Of a DNA stretch of 64,000 nucleotides, positions 59,838 to 64,000 are shown piece by piece; the stretch's first letter is position 1, and the number at the start of each line of letters is the position of its first letter. The notes under the pieces are model-generated. The model was given only the letters and a program-made list of their open reading frames with translations. It did no database searches and had not been told where the DNA came from. The stretch covers positions 448,001 to 512,000 of the forward strand of contig CAWBVY010000006.1 of NCBI GenBank assembly GCA_963792415.1. Reading direction: 5' to 3'. Position numbers and translations under genes: made by a program. This DNA is from Candidatus Deferrimicrobiaceae bacterium (GTDB lineage Bacteria > Desulfobacterota > Deferrimicrobia > Deferrimicrobiales > Deferrimicrobiaceae).

Positions 59838-61268
59838 TTACCACGCACCGGTTTTCAGATACTCATGCATCGCCGCGGCGGCCTTCCGGCCGGCCCCCAT
59901 CGCGAGGATGACGGTGGCCGCACCGATCACGATGTCCCCCCCGGCGAAAACCCCCTTCTTGCTCGTCTTCCCCGTCTCCTGGTCCGCGAGGATGTTCCCC
60001 CACTTGTTCGTGTCGAGCCCCGGCGTCGTGGAGGGGATTAGCGGATTGGCGCCGTTCCCGATGGAGACGATGACCGTGTCCACCGCGAGCTTGAACTCCG
60101 AGCCTTTTATGACGACCGGGCGACGGCGCCCCGAGGCGTCGGGCTCCCCCAGCTCCATCTTCTGGCACTCCACCTCGGTGACCCGCGACTCGTCGTCCCC
60201 ATGGTAGATGATCGGGTTCGTCAGCAGGTGGAATTCGATCCCCTCCTCTTCCGCGTGGTGCACCTCCTCGACCCGGGCGGGCATCTCCTTCTTCGAGCGG
60301 CGGTAGACGAGGTACACGTTCTTCGCCCCCATCCGCTTCGCGGTGCGCGCCGCGTCCATCGCCACGTTCCCGCCGCCGACGACCGCGACGTTCGTCGCCT
60401 TGTTCAGCGGCGTGTCGGACTCGGGGAACCGGTATGCCTTCATCAGGTTCGCCCGGGTAAGGTACTCGTTCGCCGAGTAGACCCCGATGAGGTTCTCCCC
60501 CGGGATGTTCATGAAGTACGGAAGTCCCGCGCCCGTGCCGACGAAGACGGCGTCGAACCCCTCCTCTTCGAGAAGTTCGTCGATGGTGATCGACTTCCCG
60601 ATGACCGAGTTGCATTCCAGCTTCGCGCCCAGCTTCTGGATGTACTCCACCTCGGCCTGCACGATCTCCTTGGGGAGGCGGAACTCGGGGATGCCGTACA
60701 TGAGCACCCCGCCCGGCTTGTGCAGCGCCTCGAAGATCGTCACGTCGTGCCCGATCTGGACGAGGTCGCCCGCCACGGTCAGCCCCGCGGGGCCCGCTCC
60801 GACCACCGCGACGCGCTTGCCCGTCGGCGCCCCAACTCCTGGGATCTCGACGTTCCCGGTGACGCGCTCGAAGTCTGCGACGAACCGCTCGAGGCGCCCG
60901 ATGGCCACCGGGTCCCCTTTCTTCCCGAGGACGCACGGCTTCTCGCACTGCTCCTCCTGGGGACAGACGCGGCCGCACACCGCCGGGAGCGCGTTGGTCT
61001 CCTTGATCTTCCTCGCCGCCTCGACGAACTTCCCCTTCGCCACGAGGTCGATGAACTCGGGGATCTGGACGCTGACGGGGCACCCCGGCACGCACTGGGG
61101 CTTTTTGCACTGGATGCAGCGGCTCGCCTCCAGGATGGCGAGGTCCGGGGTCAGTCCGTACGGGACTTCCCGGAAGTTCCCGACCCGCACGTTCGGCGGT
61201 TGCTCCGGCATCGGCTGCTTGGGGATGCTGAACGGCTTCGGGCGCGGTTTCGGGGTGGCGTCGGCCAT
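59838..61268 (-). CDS. nfnB: NfnB/SudA large subunit (GltD-like, NADPH-dependent)
   Basis: RCIQCKKPQCVPGCP, CGRVCPQEEQCE, GAGPAG, YGIPEFRLP, GGGNVAMD, GAATVILAMGAG. Confidence 0.9.
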   Translation of the reverse strand: MADATPKPRPKPFSIPKQPMPEQPPNVRVGNFREVPYGLTPDLAILEASRCIQCKKPQCVPGCPVSVQIPEFIDLVAKGKFVEAARKIKETNALPAVCGRVCPQEEQCEKPCVLGKKGDPVAIGRLERFVADFERVTGNVEIPGVGAPTGKRVAVVGAGPAGLTVAGDLVQIGHDVTIFEALHKPGGVLMYGIPEFRLPKEIVQAEVEYIQKLGAKLECNSVIGKSITIDELLEEEGFDAVFVGTGAGLPYFMNIPGENLIGVYSANEYLTRANLMKAYRFPESDTPLNKATNVAVVGGGNVAMDAARTAKRMGAKNVYLVYRRSKKEMPARVEEVHHAEEEGIEFHLLTNPIIYHGDDESRVTEVECQKMELGEPDASGRRRPVVIKGSEFKLAVDTVIVSIGNGANPLIPSTTPGLDTNKWGNILADQETGKTSKKGVFAGGDIVIGAATVILAMGAGRKAAAAMHEYLKTGAW

Positions 61269-62140
61269 CAGTTTCCACCTCCCGCGGGGACGGCGGGTTC
61301 GCCCAGGCACTTCCCGTCCTTGTGTTCGATCCGCTCCATCGCCGTCTTCTCCTCCCGGAGGTACGCGCGGTTGCGCATCACCAGTTCCTTGAAATCGACC
61401 TGGTGACCGTCGAATTCCGGGCCGTCGACGCAGACGAACTTCGTCGTCCCGCCCACCGTGACCCGGCAGGCGCCGCACATCCCGGTCGCGTCCACCATGA
61501 TCGGATTCAGGCTCACCATGGTCTTGATCCCGTGGGGGCGGGTCACCTCCGCCACGGCGCGCATCATCGGCACGGGGCCGATGCCGATGCACAGGTCGAT
61601 CTTCTCGCCCCGGTCGATGAACTCCTGCAGCGCGGTCGTCACGAACCCCTTCTTCGCGTACGACCCGTCGTCGGTGGTCACCACGATCTCGTCGGAGACC
61701 GCCCGCATCTCGTCCTCGAGGATCAGGAGGTCCTTCGTCCGGGCCCCGACGATCGAGAGCAGCCGGTTCCCCGCCTCCTTGATGGCCGTCGCGATGGGAA
61801 GCAGGGGCGCGGTCCCGATGCCGCCGCCGATGCCGACGACGGTGCCGAACTTTTCGATATGGGTGGCCAGCCCGAGGGGACCTACGACGTCGAGGTAGGT
61901 GTCGCCCACCTTCATCTCCGCGAACTCGGTCGTCGATTTCCCGACCGCCTGGAAGATGATCGTCACGGACCCTTCCGCGGCGTCGGAGGAGACGATCGTC
62001 AGCGGGATCCGCTCGCCGTTCTCGGTGTGGCGGAGCACGAGAAACTGGCCGGCTTTCCGCTTTTTCGAGATGCGGGGAGCCTGGATCCGCTGCATGTAGA
62101 CGTTTTTCGCGATCTCTTTCGCTTCGAGGATGGGGAACAC
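61268..62140 (-). CDS. nfnA: NfnA/SudB small subunit
   Basis: GQFLVL, GERIPLTI, GPLG, GGGIG, IGPVPMM, MVDATGMCGACRV, CVDGPEF. Confidence 0.92.
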   Translation of the reverse strand: MFPILEAKEIAKNVYMQRIQAPRISKKRKAGQFLVLRHTENGERIPLTIVSSDAAEGSVTIIFQAVGKSTTEFAEMKVGDTYLDVVGPLGLATHIEKFGTVVGIGGGIGTAPLLPIATAIKEAGNRLLSIVGARTKDLLILEDEMRAVSDEIVVTTDDGSYAKKGFVTTALQEFIDRGEKIDLCIGIGPVPMMRAVAEVTRPHGIKTMVSLNPIMVDATGMCGACRVTVGGTTKFVCVDGPEFDGHQVDFKELVMRNRAYLREEKTAMERIEHKDGKCLGEPAVPAGGGN

Positions 62141-62256
62141 GGAGTCTCCTCCACGTCCGCCGTGAAGCGGGGCGGACCGATGAGATTGCCGAGCGTGACT
62201 GGCGGGTGGATACCGACGCTAAATCTGGGCGAGTCTACCCCTTCACCCGACGGGAA

Positions 62257-62841
62257 TCAAGCGGAAAAAGCGGCCCGGACGTCCCGCCAGAGCAGGTCGA
62301 TCCCCGCCTTCGTCCGCGCGGACGTCAGCAGCACCGGCCCGCCGCCGGCAAGCCACGGCTCGCCGTCGAACCGGGCGACGGCCTCCGCCTTCTCGCGGGC
62401 GGAGAGTTTGTCCCCCTTGGTCCCCACCCATCGGTACGGCACCGCCCGCGCCGAAAGAAACGCCGCCAGCTGCCGTTCCTCGTCTTCCGGGCCACGCCGC
62501 GCGTCCACCAGCACATAGACGCGCCGCAGGGAAGCACACTCTTCGAGGTAGCCCTCCACCAGCCCTTTCCACGATTCCCGCTCGGAACGGGAGACTTTCG
62601 CGAACCCGTACCCGGGAAGGTCGGCGAAGGCAAACCTCCCCTCCACCTCGAAGAGGGCGATGCCGCGCGTCCGGCCGGGGGTGTTGCTGACGCGGGCAAG
62701 GCGGGATTGACCGACCAGGGCGTTCAAAAGGGACGATTTCCCGACGTTGGAGCGGCCGGCGAACGCCACCTGCGGAAGCCGGACGGCGGGCCACGCGTTC
62801 CCGACGGGGTCGAACAGGAGGAACCGGGCGGAGGTCGTCAT
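62257..62841 (-). CDS. yihA: Ribosome biogenesis GTPase YihA/EngB
   Basis: GRSNVGKSS, SNTPGRT, DLPGYG, TKGDK. Confidence 0.95.
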   Translation of the reverse strand: MTTSARFLLFDPVGNAWPAVRLPQVAFAGRSNVGKSSLLNALVGQSRLARVSNTPGRTRGIALFEVEGRFAFADLPGYGFAKVSRSERESWKGLVEGYLEECASLRRVYVLVDARRGPEDEERQLAAFLSARAVPYRWVGTKGDKLSAREKAEAVARFDGEPWLAGGGPVLLTSARTKAGIDLLWRDVRAAFSA

Positions 62842-62863
62842 CGGGGATTCGGGGCCCTTCCTT

Positions 62864-63439
62864 TCATTTTTTCAGGAGGGAGGAAACCGCCTTCTCGAGC
62901 TCGTCCTCCCGGATCTTTCCCCCCTTCCGCAGCACCACAGTCCCGCCTTTTCCCAGTAGCAGGAGTGTCGGGGTCACCGCCACGCCATACGCGTCGGCGA
63001 CCTTCCACACCCCCTTCGCGTCCAGTTCGTCGACCAGTACCTTGAAGGTATACCCCTCCTGCCGCGCGAATCCCCCGATGACCTGCCGGAGGGGCTCCCC
63101 GTCCACGGCGACGGCGACGACGGCCAGGTCCCCGCCCGCGTACCGGTCTTGCGCCTTCTGCAGGATCGCCATTTCGGCGCGGCACGGATCGCAGAATACC
63201 GACCAGAAGAGAAGCAGGACCGGTTTCCTCGAAATCTCCTCCGAGAGGCGGAACGGATGCCCCTCGACATCGAGGACCGTGAAATCGGGGGCGATCGTCC
63301 CCGGCTCCGCGAGCCGGGTTCCTCCCCCTCCCTGGACCCCCGTGACGGGCGGGGGCTTCTCCACCTCCGCGGCCACGGGGCCGGCAAGGATCGCGAGGAG
63401 GGCAAGTATCGCCGCGAACACCGGAAAGCGTGCTCCCAT
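62864..63439 (-). CDS. TlpA/ResA-like redoxin
   Basis: Signal/TM, APDFT, FWSVFCDPC (CxxC), YGVAVTPT; start uncertain. Confidence 0.88.
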   Translation of the reverse strand: MGARFPVFAAILALLAILAGPVAAEVEKPPPVTGVQGGGGTRLAEPGTIAPDFTVLDVEGHPFRLSEEISRKPVLLLFWSVFCDPCRAEMAILQKAQDRYAGGDLAVVAVAVDGEPLRQVIGGFARQEGYTFKVLVDELDAKGVWKVADAYGVAVTPTLLLLGKGGTVVLRKGGKIREDELEKAVSSLLKK

Positions 63440-63486
63440 AATCGCGGTCACGACGCTCCTTCCCTTCCGAACGGCGGGTCGGCAGC

Positions 63487-64000
63487 TCAAACCTTGGGGA
63501 GAACGGCGTCGTCCACCGTGATCTTCGCGTTCTTCCTCAGCTCGGCAATGTACGCGTCGAGAACCTTCTTCCCCTTTTCGTTCCGCAACGCCGCCCGGAT
63601 CTGCTCCTTGACCATGGCCAGGGGAATTTTCTTCCCGTCCCGCACCATCGCCGCGGAGTGCTCCGCGTAGGCCGCCTCGACCTCCTTGTCCGTGACCTCG
63701 ACGTTTTTCCCGACGACATTCTCGGCCATCAGTCCACGGAGAACGAACCGCTCCATCTCCTGCCGCACCGACGTATATCCCTCGGAGCCGTCGATCCCCT
63801 GCTTCTTCGCGTACGCCGAAAGGGCCCGGATCGTCAACTCCCGTTCCAGGATGTTCCCTACCATCACCGGGTTTTTCGAAAGGTCGGGCTGTCCTTGCGC
63901 CCCCCCTCCCGGGGACAGACCGCGGAGGATCTTCTTGACGTCGCCGTACCGGATCTTCTCGTCCCCGACCGAGGCGAGCACGACGTTGTCGGGCACGTTC
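63487..64000 (-). CDS. SurA/PrsA-like chaperone, 5' end beyond window edge
   Basis: VLASVGDEKI, VEVTDKEVEAAY, PLAMVKEQIR, ELRKNAKITV. Confidence 0.7.
   Translation of the reverse strand, partial: NVPDNVVLASVGDEKIRYGDVKKILRGLSPGGGAQGQPDLSKNPVMVGNILERELTIRALSAYAKKQGIDGSEGYTSVRQEMERFVLRGLMAENVVGKNVEVTDKEVEAAYAEHSAAMVRDGKKIPLAMVKEQIRAALRNEKGKKVLDAYIAELRKNAKITVDDAVLPKV

Overview
High-GC, gene-dense chromosomal segment with deltaproteobacterial-type synteny. MBNT15/Deferrimicrobiota is plausible but is only an inference from gene order and style. Almost all genes are on the minus strand. Left to right: nadC-valS-romR-rnr; tRNA-Leu(CAG) followed by a small AT-richer islet; a sensor-less histidine kinase and a GAF-GGDEF cyclase; tamA/bamA-tamB; tRNA-Gly(CCC); then a large type IVa pilus region (sgmX-like, accCB, efp, pepP, aroQ, mglC-like, aroB fusion, aroK, aroC, pilQPONM, HTH, pilR2/pilS2-like, a second pilin, pilD, pilIHG-like, pilA, pilR, dprA, tsaP). 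It continues with tlyA-dxs-ispA-xseB-M23-xseA, a divergent deacetylase-ctpA-envC-ftsX-ftsE-romY-murI block, a 2-hydroxyacyl-CoA dehydratase-like gene, nfnBA, yihA, a TlpA redoxin and a partial SurA-like chaperone. No rRNA, CRISPR array, transposase or integrase was seen. Most notable: (1) four Myxococcus-type polarity proteins (RomR, SgmX, MglC, RomY) in compact form; (2) AroB fused via a 16-aa tandem-repeat linker to a TPR-like tail; (3) two phased palindromic enhancer-like boxes inside the pilR coding sequence upstream of the sigma54 pilA promoter; (4) a nested hairpin-repeat family abutting both tRNA CCA ends, plus two other intergenic repeat families; (5) apparent ATC and ACG start codons; (6) a degenerate FtsE; (7) single-base indels confined to 39.1-44.2 kb, probably assembly error. 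Protein family calls come from motif recognition and synteny, not from database searches.
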